A DNA stretch of 64,000 nt from the human T2T-CHM13v2.0 reference genome, Homo sapiens, in the NCBI RefSeq assembly GCF_009914755.1, contig NC_060947.1; one strand, written 5' to 3'. Of the stretch, positions 28,680 to 41,039 are shown in pieces. Both the position numbers and the translations under genes were made by a program. Numbering within the stretch: position 1 is the stretch's first letter; every line of letters starts with the position of its first letter. The notes below the pieces were generated by a model. It was not told the origin of the DNA, searched no databases, and was given only the letters and a program-made list of their open reading frames with translations.

Positions 28680-29937
28680 CAGTTATGGCTGAAACAAGAC
28701 AGCAAGCTTCTGAGAAACTGAAGGATGGGCCTGAACAGAAAGGGAAATTATTTTCTCTCCTGAGCTCAGTCAGTCCTAGGTAGCTCTGGAGAATAGCCAC
28801 TGAGGGATCACAAAGATGGGGCAGAAAGCTGTCTAAGGCAACTATCTGGTTTCATGTACATCCAACTGCTCAACTCTTAAGTCACAACCATCTGGCTTAG
28901 GCTTAGATGAAAATCACCAATTTAGTAATGACTAGAATCAGCAATGAAACCTCTTAGTCAGTCACACTTTACATACCAAATTATAAGCAAAATTATTTCT
29001 TTCTGGGGCTGTTTGTAAAAAGGACAACATTTAAGAATATGGAATCTATCCTTTACTTCTTTTGTGGGACACAATGAGTTCTTCTACAGCCCATATAGAG
29101 CCACACAAAACTTTGAAGGTTAAGGAATTAATGCAGAGAGGAGTTTAAGCTGATACTTAGGTTAACATGAGGACACTCTGTTCAGCAATGTTCATATTTG
29201 AAAGAGACAAAGCCTGAGAAAACACATTGCAACAAATCATGCAGCATTAGATTATTGGAAAGATCAAAGGATTTGACTAGGTCTATCCATGTCCACTGCC
29301 AAAATCCACGGCAAATTTATGAACTTGGTCTTTTTAATTCTCTGGGACGAAGATTTAAACTGCACTGTACTAAACCGGCAAAAATTTAATCAGCTAACAG
29401 TACTAGATGCTAAAAAAGAATTACTGCCATATGAGCTAAAGATTTTTTGTTAATTGCATAGCAGTAAAATTTGTGAACCCTGGTGCTTTGGGAGAACCAA
29501 AGTATTATTAAATTACTGTGGCCTAACACATTTATAGAAAAAAAAAAAACATGTTGGTTGTAGTAAGTTTCCAATGTCTAAGTTGAAGCTCTTTCTCTAA
29601 CAGTAAATCTAGACCACAGAATGGGAATACTGAAAATTCTGGTTAAGGAACAGACTTGGTAAAAAAGATGAGGGATGTTAAGGAGCCTTCTATGCAGGAC
29701 GTCACACTGAGGTGGGAAAGACAGGTTGCTTGAAATACCCTCTCATAACCTCACTTGACAGTGGCAACCTTATAAAAGGAGCCCCAAATGGCTTCCTGAA
29801 ATGATTTTACACAATGTCTGACATAATAAACACACATACACAAACCTAACTTTCCCAATAACACTGCATGTCTCAATATATGAGGAGGTAGAATGCAAGA
29901 GGCAGAAATATCAAAGAAATCACTGAGAAATAGATAC

Positions 29938-30072
29938 CTTTGGTCTTGTGTCTACAACATACATAAACTGGCTCCCTGGGTTTGTTTGGCTAATGGCCTC
30001 CAACAAGAGCTCATCATCTACACAGCGAGTGTAAAATCCAGAGAGAGGCTGGCTACAGCGGCAAATGGCAGC
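29938..30072 (-). CDS. MTMR8: MTMR8 coding exon 6 (135 nt, phase 0-0)
   Basis: AAICRCSQPLSGFYTRCVDDELLLEAISQTNPGSQFMYVVDTRPK; ttccttacag acceptor, gtatct donor. Confidence 0.95.
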
Positions 30073-31219
30073 CTGTAAGGAAAAGGTGTGTCAGTTGAGT
30101 GATTATATTCACAAATGGTCAAAAATCTTTCTTGACCCTTGCCAGGTTCCATGAGTAGAGGGAGAGGATGAGCCAACTTAAGATAGTGTCCAAAGCAAAG
30201 AGAAATGTGACTCTAAAGTCATTCTCCACTGACATTGGGCTTAACCTCCTGCCTACCCTGGGCATGTGGCTCTAATTTCCAACCCAGTCTTGGTAAATCA
30301 GACTACAAAAAAAATCACATCATGAGTATTTCCTTAGTGAAATTCTATTCTCGATATATAATGGGCTATTTTTCTGAAACCGCCTCACTTTTTACAGTCC
30401 CAGTAATATTGCCCACATAAACCATAAGCTTGCGGAGGCAGCAGAATTCAAGATAGAGCAAAGATCTACAGCGTCTTAAGAAAACAGGGTTCACTAGTTT
30501 CAGAAGTTAATGCCAAATCAGAAGGGTGGTTTGTTTCAAGCCACTTTAACACAAAAACAACGTAACTATTTAACATGAATGTCTGGTAATGATTAGTTCA
30601 TGAAATTCGTTACACTTTGATGTGGCTTTTAAGGGGTCAACTCACTTCAATAATATGACACCCAATTGCATTACTATACTCCTTAGCACTTGAACGGTTG
30701 CCCACCTGACAACTTGCCTATTTGTCTAACCCCAGATCTCAGAGTGATTACAAGAGGTGATAAATATTATCACTTCCTACATAAGTAAGGGGATTGAAAC
30801 ACAGAGGAGTCAAGTGCTTTCTTACTACTACCTGAAATTATATGAAAAGCACTAAGAAAGTATCAAGGATATCTGTATTCTACTGGGAGGCCACAGCCCC
30901 CAAAAAATCCTGTATACAACTAATTTTCTGTCATTTCACAACTTTCCACAAAGCTGGATCCCACAGAAAAGGAAAAAAAGAAAAAGAAATAAACATACTA
31001 AAATGACACTTAACATCTGCATAACATTTTACAATTTACAAAGTACATTGTACATATTATTCCTACTGAGATCCTCTCAAAAACCTTCAGAAGTATGAAA
31101 GTCCAGAGAAGTTAAGTAACTTGCCTGAGGTCACACAGCTACTAAGTGGCAGCATGAAACTTAAAACAGGTCTTCCAGAGCCATGTTTAATTATCATTAG
31201 AGAAATCTGCTTAACTTAC

Positions 31220-31348
31220 ATTGTTCTCTTTGTAGAGGTAGGAGAGCACAGGGACACGTTCTTTACTTCTGAACTTTGAACTTCCAACCACCGTTCCCAA
31301 GGTAACAGATTTAGGAACCACTATTTCAGGAGGGTAGGTGCTGCATAT
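31220..31348 (-). CDS. MTMR8: MTMR8 coding exon 5 (129 nt, phase 0-0)
   Basis: ICSTYPPEIVVPKSVTLGTVVGSSKFRSKERVPVLSYLYKENN, carrying the myotubularin C-x-TYP and FRS-R motifs; ttcttttag acceptor, gtaagt donor. Confidence 0.95.
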
Positions 31349-31402
31349 CTAAAAGAAAATAAGCACAATATATATAAATATATATTTATACATTTATATA
31401 TA

Positions 31403-32112
31403 ACTGTCTCTTTGGAAATACGTATTTTGGTAACCACTAAAAGCTGATAAACTTGAGAAAATATGTCAGTCTTTTCATAGAGTAAGTCACACCTAAAATG
31501 TCAACACCTCCACCCCAAGACTAGTGTTTTAAAGGCCGTCCAGATATGAATACTAGGAACCTAGTATGTAGTTTATGAAAGAGTACATCATATTTCCTCC
31601 TCCTCTACCTGTCTGCTTCATATTTGTGTCCGTTCATATTAATTCACTTGTTTACAGTTATTGTTTTTGCTCTGATATGCACACGTAGGAATTTCAACAT
31701 GGGGTTTTATGTGTGTTTCTGTCTATGATTTTTGTTTTTCTAATTCTAAAAGTACATTTTGTTCTTATATGTCTCAATCCCTTCCTTTCTAGAAAATAAT
31801 AGCACACTTGGAAAAGCTTTTATACCAAGGATATTTTCATTTCTATTTCTGAGGAATAGATGATTAAATACCAGCTAGCTAATGCTTGAGTGATTGCTAA
31901 TTCCAGCCTGTTGCTAGCAAGTGAAAAATGTATATATATAAACTGCATACTAGGTTCCTAGTGTTCATATCTGGACGGCCTTTAAACCACTAGTCTGGGG
32001 GTTGGAGGTGTTGACATTTTAGGTGTGACTTACTCTATGAAAAGACTGACATATTTTCTCAAGTTTATCAGCTTTTAGTGGTTACCAAAATACATATTTC
32101 CAAAGAGACAGT
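31403..32112. repeat. Inverted repeat: arms 31403-31576 and 31938-32112, 361-bp spacer
   Basis: Reverse complement of the right arm aligns to the left arm with about 6 differences in ~175 bp. Confidence 0.95.
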
Positions 32113-32746
32113 GACAAAATATTATAACACCACAGACCTGACATTGCAAAATTAATTCTAATCACTCCCCTAACTAAAGAACACCCCCAAACATTTAACA
32201 ACAGATGAAACAAATATAAACTGAACAGGCAAAAATAAAAAAAGTTAAAGGTAGATAAGATTAAGAATGCTCTATGTAACTCATTAAAGTCAATGTCCCC
32301 AGAATGCAGACCATTTGAAAATGTTTTCTACCCACCCCCTTACCTGGACTTAAACTTTGGAGAAGACAGTCATACAAAGAAAAATAAATGGAGCTCCCCA
32401 TTCAGCTTAGAAGGTTATACACATCAAAAAGACCAACAAGAGTATTTCAGACCTTCTTTGGGAGACTCAGACACACATTTGAGGTGGACAGATTTCACCC
32501 CCAATCTCTACTTATTCCTCTCAAGCATGACCCTAACAAGCCACCTCACAGATGACCCTGCGAAGTCACAGCTCATCAATCCCCATACCTAGTAGACATT
32601 CAAAGCTATGTTACCAGAAAGTCAATGCAATAACAGTCTTATTATGATAGTAAAAACACTGTTAAAGATGAACGATTCAGGAATATCACTTAAACACCAA
32701 TGACTCTCTCTGCAGAAAAATTATCCTAGCAGGCCTGATTGCTACC

Positions 32747-33299
32747 TGTGTTAGAGTTCTCTAGAGGGACAGAACTAATAGGATATATGTATATAGGAAA
32801 GGGAGTTTATTAAGGAGAATTGACTCATACAATCAAAAGGTAAAGTCCCACAGTAGGCCGTCTGCAAGTTGAGGAGCAAGAAAGCCAGTAGTGGATCATT
32901 CCGAGTCCCAAAACCTCTAAAGTAGGGAAGCCAACAGAGCAGCCTTCAGTTTGTGGCTGAAGGCCCGAGAGCCCCTGGCAAACCACTAGTGTAAGTCCAA
33001 GAATCCAAAAGCTGAAGTACTTGAAGTCTGATGTTCGAGGGCAGGAAGCATTTAGCATGGGAGAAAGATGAAGACTGGAAGATTCAGCAAGTCTGCTCAT
33101 TCCACCTTCTTCTGCCTGCTTTTTCTAGCTGCACTGGCAGCTGAGGGAATGGTGCCCACCCAGATTAAGGGTGGGTCTGCCTCTCCCAGTCCACTGACTC
33201 AAAGGTTAATCTCCCCTCTAGTAACAGCCTCACAGACACACCCAGAAACAATACTTTGCATACTTCAATCCAATCAAATTGACAATATTAACCATCAGA
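32747..33299 (-). mobile_element. MLT2 (HERV-L) solo LTR
   Basis: ttagagttctctagagggacagaactaatagg ... caatcaaattgacaatattaaccatca; 5-bp TSD ctacc on both sides. Confidence 0.85.
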
Positions 33300-33743
33300 C
33301 TACCCTTAGAAAGGCCTACTTGCATTGTGCTTAAAACTGTTTGTACAAACAATGTGGCTTATCCTGAACACCTGCCTTCCTTCTGGACTTCTGGAATTCT
33401 GGCATACACTAAGCAGAACGTGCCTATGTGGGCAGGCTCCAATAGAATCCCTGAGCACTTTGCCTCTAATGAGCATCCTGGCAGACAACATTTCATAAGT
33501 GTTGTCACAATTTCTGCTGGAGGAATTCAGTGTGTCCTACGTCACTCTGCTGAGAGAGGACTCTGGAAGCTTGTTCCTGGTTTTGTTGACTTTGTCCCCT
33601 GAACCTTTTCCCTTTGCTGATTTTTGCTTTGGATCCTTTCACGGTAATAAATCACAGTCATAAGTATGACTATACACCGAGTCCTATGAATTTTCCTAGT
33701 AAATCACAAAACCTGAGGAACGGTCTTTGGGACCTTCAACACA
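33300..33743 (+). mobile_element. MER21-like LTR (3' part), interrupted by MLT2
   Basis: gcagacaacatttcataagtgttgtcaca, gaggactctggaagcttg, aataaatcacagtcataagtatgacta. Confidence 0.7.
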
Positions 33744-34309
33744 TTCCCAGATGTCCATATTTGGCCCAGAGCTCTTTCTTGAGATCCAAACCCAAATGCT
33801 TGAAATCAAATACTTGATATCTGTTTAATCACCTTGAAGTCAAGTGTAAAATTGAAGACACCATCTGCCCCTCTTCTTGTGGTCCTTATCTTTGTTAACA
33901 TCACCACTACTCATTGGTCATCAAAGCCAAAACCAGGAAAGCTGGGATGCATATTAAATTCCTTCACTTTTCTAGCCACATTTGATCTGTCACCAGTTGC
34001 TTTCAATTCTACCACCTAAATATCTTTTAAAACCATCTCCTTTCCATCTACAGCCATTGCCTTAGTTCAGGTTCTCATAACTTCACATATCATTCTTCTG
34101 CATTCTTAGCTCCAGCAAACGAATTCTCCACACTAATAACAGTTATCCTTCTAAAACACAAATATATATATATATGTTCCTTTCAAGCGTAAATACTCTT
34201 GTGGCTCACAACTGTCTTCATGATAAAGTTCAAATTCCTTAATTTGGTCACGAAGCGCTTTATGATATGGCTTCACTTCCTGACCTCCTTCCTTCTCCCC
34301 CTGCATAAA

Positions 34310-35760
34310 TTAGGAGAAATAATCCAGACATTTACAGTTCAGTCATTTTCAACAAAGGCACCAAGGACACATATTTGGGGGAAATAAGTCTCTTCAATAA
34401 ATGGTTCTGGGAAAACTGGATGTCCATATGCAAAGAAACACTTTAGGATATTGGTCTGGGCAAAGACTTCTCGAGTAAGACCTCAAAAGCATATGCAGCC
34501 AACTAAAGCAAAAATAGGCAAATGGGTTAACACTGAGCCAAAAATCTCCATGGCAAAGGAAACAACCAACAAAGTGAAAAGACAACCCACAGAATAGGAG
34601 AAAATATTTGCAGATTACCCATCTGACAAGGGATTAATAACCAGAAAATATAAGGAGCCCAAGAAACTCAATAGAATGAAAACAAATAATCCAATTAAAT
34701 ATGGAGAAAGTATCTGAATAGACATTTCTCAAAAGAGGACACACAAATGACCAACAAGTATATGAAAAAATGCTCAACATCAATAATCATCAGAAAGATG
34801 CAAACCAAAACCACAATGAGATATCATTTCACCTGTTAAAATGGCTTTTATCAAAAAGGCAATAATGGATACTGGTGAGGATATGGAGAAAATGAAATCT
34901 TCATACACAATTGGTAGGAATGTAAATTAGTACAGCCACTATTGGCCAGGGGTGGTGGTTCACACCTATAATCCCAGCACTTTGAGAGGCCAAGGAGGGA
35001 GGATCGCTTGAGCCCAGGAGTTCAAGAATCCCATCTCTACAAAAAATGAAACAAATTCGCCAGGCATGGGTGTGGGTGCTTATGGTCCCAGCTACATGGG
35101 AGGCTGAGATGGGAGGACCACTTGAGCCCAAGAGATTGAGGCTACACTGAGCTATGGTCATGCCACTACACTCTACCTTGGGCAACAGAGTGAGGCCTTG
35201 TCTCAAAAAGAAAGAAAAGAAAACTGTGGTACATATGCACAATAGAATATAACTCAGTCACAAAAAAATGTAATCCTGTCATTTGCAACAACATGGATGG
35301 AACTGGGGGACATTATATTAAGTGAAATGAACAAAGCATAGAAAGACAAATATTGCATAATCTCATTCACATGTTGTAGGAGCAAAAAAAAAAAAAAAAT
35401 GAACTCATGGAGACAGAGAGTAGAATGATGGTTACCAAAGGTTGGTAAGGGTAGTGGAGTGGGGGGGATAAAAAGAGGATCCTCAACGGGTACAAAAATA
35501 CAGTTAGATAGAAGGAATAAGATCTAGTATTCAGTAGCAAAACAGGACGACTACAGATAACAATAATAAAATAACTGAAAATGGAATTGGAATGTTCCTA
35601 ACACAAATAAATGATAAATACTTGTGGTGATGGATACCCCAATTACCCTGATCTGATCATTACATATTGTATGCCTGTATAAAAATATCACATGTACCCT
35701 ATAAATATGTACAACTATTATATATCCATAATAATTAAAAATAAAAAATGTTAAAATAAA
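34310..35760 (+). mobile_element. L1MA-like 3' portion with internal deletions and nested Alu
   Basis: ctcttcaataaatgg, aaaaccacaatgagatatc, 3' UTR gatggataccccaattaccctgatctgatcatt ... aaaataaa. Confidence 0.85.
34943..35215 (+). mobile_element. AluJ-like
   Basis: ggccaggggtggtggttcacacctataatcccagc ... gggcaacagagtgag. Confidence 0.88.
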
Positions 35761-36054
35761 TTAGCCTTCACAAGGCTACTCTGCAAAGCATCAGGTTGTT
35801 TCTGGCTTCCTTAGGCTGATTTTCATGCCCTGCACCTATGCTCCCATAACACCCTATGCTTTAGGCCATGAGATCTCTTACTCAGTGCCTATTGCACTGT
35901 AGGTACTCAATAAATGTCTGTTGAATGGCTGAATGTTGAATGGAAAGGAGAGAGAGATTATGAGTCATTTCTCTCTTTTTTCAAAATCTTGTTTCCTGAT
36001 ATTCTACCATCTTAATTAAATGCACCAAAAGGCAAACAACAAGGACAAAATTAC

Positions 36055-36212
36055 CTCATAGTTTCTGTTGGCATCTGTTATGGTCCAGTTTCTGTTGGGT
36101 ATTCCCATACGCCCAAAGTCTGATATTGGGTCAATCAGTTTCCATCCACTTTCCCTCATCTCTTTTGAGGATTTGGGATTATAAGAAAAAGCATAAAGAT
36201 CTTCAGGTAATG
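36055..36212 (-). CDS. MTMR8: MTMR8 coding exon 4 (158 nt, phase 1-0)
   Basis: (A)LPEDLYAFSYNPKSSKEMRESGWKLIDPISDFGRMGIPNRNWTITDANRNYE; ttctccag acceptor, gtaatt donor; frame continues from exon 3. Confidence 0.95.
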
Positions 36213-37453
36213 CTGGAGAAGAGAGATAGGCATGGAAAACAAAATGATGAATGAAACCTAAAAATCATCAAACAATGCAAATAAAGGCTAGATTTCCTTT
36301 TCCTAAGGGAATGTTTGTCAAACAGCCCCAGAAAAGGACTGTGGTGTGTGCAAGTTTGCCTTTATGTAAGGAATAAAAACTGGAATATTGTTTGGGTTCT
36401 TTGAAAAAATGTTTTAATTTTTTGTGTTATCAATACGAAGTGGGATCTTTCTGCCTGGCTTCCTATAAAAAAAGAATGCTGGATAATTGACTGAACTGAG
36501 GCTTCAGGGTTTCACATGTTAAGAAAAGAGTCCTTACCAAAAGTTTTTAACTGGGCTCCCATGTCCTAATAGTACTGCTTATTGTAACATGTTGCACATC
36601 TTTAACAATGTTTTTGCATTGTACTTGTCAGACCAACAGCAACTTCTGACTTATAAATGGCCCCTTCCTCTCTTTTCTCTGTCAGTCCTGCTTCCTCCCT
36701 TCACGAGATACAGCATCCAATCAAATAACTCATTTGACCAATTTATATGGCAACAACTTCTCCAGAGATTAATGGAGCCTATCAGAGACTTGTAAAATGC
36801 TAGGCCATCCAGCAGGTAACTTTATCAATAAAAATCAGCAAATATTGAGGAATTACTCTGAGGGAAAAGGGGAAAAATGGGAGAGAAAATGTAAGAGCAT
36901 GATTAAAATCAAAGACTAAAATCAGAGGAAGCTGGTTAATTGCCTAGGGGTGGGGGCTGGGGAATGAAAGGGTGATGCTGGAGGAAGCATTAAGTCCTAC
37001 ATTAATGAGGACTTTGATGAACTGCCTTAGTCTTCTAGTTGGAATTAAAAGTAGGGGTGGAAATCGTGGGCCAAACAAAAAGTCTGCAGGACAGCAGGAA
37101 ACAAATTTTCTTCCAAAGCAGTCTTCCTTCCTGAACTGAGAAAACATTCACAAGTTGATACTTTAAAGGAGGGAAGGAGAGAGAAGAAAATATCTATTAA
37201 ACATCTACTATATACTAATACATGAAGGTATTCAAGGCTCAAAACAATCCCCTTGAAGAGCTTTTACTCTCCTTACTTTTACAGGTAAAGAAAATGAGTT
37301 CAGAGGTTATATAACTTGCCCAAATATAATGGAGCTAATAAGTGGTACAGCCCAGATCCAAACCCTCCTCTGACTCCATAGCCCTGATCTTTCCATTATG
37401 CCATTTTGGAAAAATATTAAAATGGTTTTAGATAAAAATACTATCATAACTAC

Positions 37454-37616
37454 CTGGCTGAGAAAGCTTGAGCAGTGAAATATAAACCTCATGGCACACA
37501 AGGTCAGAATCTAAAACAAAGTGGGCCACCCGGAAATTCTTGCAGCGGAGGGTCAGGGGACAACCCAGGCTAGTGATGGGTAACTTCTCCACAGTGGCAA
37601 TGTGATGGAGTGCAAT
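37454..37616 (-). CDS. MTMR8: MTMR8 coding exon 3 (163 nt, phase 0-1)
   Basis: IALHHIATVEKLPITSLGCPLTLRCKNFRVAHFVLDSDLVCHEVYISLLKLSQP; tttttcag acceptor, gtagtt donor. Confidence 0.95.
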
Positions 37617-38709
37617 CTGAAAAACATAAAAGAACCAGCGTAAACATACAGATGTGCAATATCTCTATCACTATCAGTATTCCTGACTCTCCGTAATGGT
37701 AACAGCATGACCAGATCTGTAGGCTACATCTACAGCCTACAACCATTCTTTGTAAGACACAACTGGGGTTCTCTCAAATAGAACTAAAGCATAATAGTGG
37801 TAAAGCAACAAGAAGCAGACTGCAGTGTTAGAAAACTTCTCTCTCCTTAAGGATACGAGATTACCAAGTTTGTGGGACAATTTTGGTAGATCAGCTCAGA
37901 ATAGATGACTTTTAGCATGCTGTGATAGAGTTCACAATCAGAATAATTGTTACAGAGGAAAACAGGAATTTTTTTTCTTATATCAAATTACTAATTAAGA
38001 TAATTATTAATAGCAGGTATTGTGCCTTATCATAAACAAAGTAGTCCATGACCATTAGCTATTTAAGAAGAGCCATTTGACGTGTAATCATCCTATTTCA
38101 GGAATGAAAAAAAAACAAAGCTCTGAGAAGTGAATTCCTCATCAGATATCATATAGCCAAGAAGTGGCACAAACAGAATTTGAACCATAGCAGTCTAAAC
38201 TTAAGTCCAGGATTAAGTTCTGGAATAAGGATTTAACTAGAAATGTTAGGGAGGAACTATTCCTCTACATTTTAAACTCTAGTGACAGTAAAGCAAAGAA
38301 TGTAGGATGATTACTTCTGTTCATGCTGATGCCAGCAAAAAAAGAAATGCATGGAAAGGGAACTGATGAAACAAAATGTGTCCAAATAATATAATTCTCT
38401 CTTAATTGATTCAAAAAGCCATATAATCATGGTTTTGCATTTTGATCTTTGATGTTCTCCTCCTATCCCTGTCTTATGTTTCTGCAACTATGGAGCCTGG
38501 ATGTGCTCTTTCCATTCTCTAGACTCCCTGTCCTGTGCCTGGAATGGTCTTCCAATCAATAGTGCCTTTTCTGCTCTCCCATCACCTCAATGCCCCAGTC
38601 CCTAATTTCTTTGGAAAAGTCATCTCTTCAATGAAGTCTTTCAATCATATCCACCATCTAAGAATGGAGCAAGTGTGGAAATGATTCAGATATTCCTAGG
38701 ATAAATTTT

Positions 38710-38987
38710 CTATTTTTTTTAAGGCAGGGTCTCGCTCTGTTGCCTAGGCTAGAGTGCAGTGGCTTAATCATGACTCACTGCAGCCTCAACCTCCTGGGTT
38801 CAAAGGAGATCATCTTGCCTCAGCCTCCTGAGTAAGCTAGGAATACAGTTGTGTGCTACCATGCCTGGCTAATTTTTTTAACTTTTGTAGAGACTAGGTA
38901 TTGCTTTGTTGCCCAAGCTGGTCTCAAACTCCTGGCTTCAAGCGATCCTTCTTCCTTAGCCTCCCAAACTGCTGGGATCACAGGTAT
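38710..38987 (-). mobile_element. AluJ-like
   Basis: gggtctcgctctgttgcctaggctagagtgcagtgg ... ctgctgggatcacagg. Confidence 0.88.
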
Positions 38988-40120
38988 AATTAAGTTCTAT
39001 CTTAACTGTTTTGTCACACTCAAGTCCTGCAATGGCAGTTCTGGAGGCATCACAAAATGTAATATGAATTAATATATTCAACCTCAAGAAAATCAAAGAT
39101 CTTCCAGTCAACATGAGAGATGTGTGTTTTGGTAGTACGATACTGATAATTGAGATCAGGGCCCAGGCAAACAATTGTGGTGAAACTGGGAAGGGTCCAG
39201 GGAAGGTAGGCAGACTAAGGCTGGGAAGAACTTCCCTAATTGGGTAAATAAGCCTCCTTTGACATGCAGAAATAAGTGTAAGTGCTCCCTTCCAGATACA
39301 GTCCACTGGGTTTGAAATAATACCCAAAAGGAACAAATCTGGAGACATCTGTACTGTCTATAAATGCAGGTAGATAGGAGATAGGCTTACGGCACAGTAC
39401 TAAAGAACTGGTTCCTAAACTGTTAGAATTACAAGAATCCTTACTAATTATATAATCTAACCACCTCATTTTACAGATGAAGAAACAAGCCCAAGGAGTA
39501 AGAATCACTTGCCTAAGGTTACATAGCCAGTTAGCATCAGAGCTTAGTCTAGCCCAGTTCTCATTCCTCTTTTGACATTCTTATCACAGCAAAAGGAGCA
39601 AAATACAATCTCACATGGGGAAAGTTCAGTTTTAAAAGGAAGTATTAAGATACTTCTTTCATGTGCATACTCAATTCATTTTATACTTATATGATAGTAT
39701 TTACCATGTTCCAGGCATTGTTGTAAGCACTTATAAACATTCACTTTATAATTCTTGTATCTTGACTTTTTAAAACTAATTCAAGGTATTATTTTATCTG
39801 TATTTTACAGAAGAAGGAAGCGAGACACAGAAAAGTTAAACAACTTGCCCAAGGTTACAAAAGTAGTAAATGTTGAAGCTGGGATTTCAACCTGAGCAGA
39901 CTGGCTCTAAAGCTTTAATCACTAAGCTATGCGGTATAAAAGAAGCATGTTGTACTTCTTATAAATGGAGAGGTCTAAGCATAAATCTAACTAATGATTA
40001 AGTTAAGATTAAATTATGATCTTTAGGATGGGTAAGGCATAAAGTAATGTTGGGGTGCTGAATTAATTAGAAAACATTACTTACAGGTATAAAAAGAAAC
40101 ACATACACATGCCCGTGCAT

Positions 40121-40121
<1 letters not shown>

Positions 40122-40167
<46 letters not shown>
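40122..40167. repeat. (CA)n(TA)n microsatellite
   Basis: About 18 CA units followed by a short TA run. Confidence 0.95.
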
Positions 40168-40682
40168 CCCAGGTAAAATCCTGTCTTAGGACAGAGAGAT
40201 GGTCTAAATTAGTGTTGCCCAAGGTAAAGTCCATGAGGCCTTAGCATCAGCATAACCTGAGCCCTTTTTAGAAATTCAAAATCTTAGGCTTGAGATTTTG
40301 CATTTTTATCAAGTTCCCATACGCTACAGATGCTGCTGGTTCTTGAACTATATTTTATGGGCAGCAAGGCTTTAAATTACTTCAAGATGCTTACAAACAT
40401 AGTTCAGAAAATTAGCAGAAACTATTCTACCTAAAAATAATTTAGCTAAACCCCAGGAATATTCCCATGTAGAATAAAATGACTATGATGACCAGAGCCA
40501 ATAACTTGAAAAAAGAGGAGTAATACAATTCAGACCATAAAAAGATTATTAGAATAGGTCCTCTGAAGAAAAGGTTTTACAGCAATTTAAAAATTACACT
40601 TGAAATTTCAAGAAACTACCATATAGAGAGCATGTATGCACAACTCTTTAAGACTCTTTGATACTTCTTCTCATGAACATAC

Positions 40683-40805
40683 CCATGTTTCTTTCCGGGC
40701 TGCACCTGAAGCCTCCACATAGATCAGGTGGGTTGCAGTAAGATAAAGAATCCCATTAGCTGGTTTCTTACTCACATAACGATCCACCAATTTCACGTTT
40801 TCTAC
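40683..40805 (-). CDS. MTMR8: MTMR8 coding exon 2 (123 nt, phase 0-0), PH-GRAM start
   Basis: Minus strand translates VENVKLVDRYVSKKPANGILYLTATHLIYVEASGAARKETW; flanked by aacag acceptor and gtatgt donor; matches MTMR8 N-terminus as recalled. Confidence 0.95.
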
Positions 40806-41039
40806 CTGTTATTGGAGGAAAAAATACTGAATAAGTTACCAACTCACCACCTATGATTGAAGTGGGGCCATTCAAAGCAAGATAAACGCTGTTAATTTGC
40901 TACAAAACTCGAGTCTTTCCAGTTCCTGCCAAGGTGGCAAACTACTATGATCTGTATTACCTTTTCTGAAATCAGTGCGGGAAAAACTATGAAAGTGAGA
41001 GGAAAACCCGTATTCTAGAAAAGATAAAAATTCTAGACA

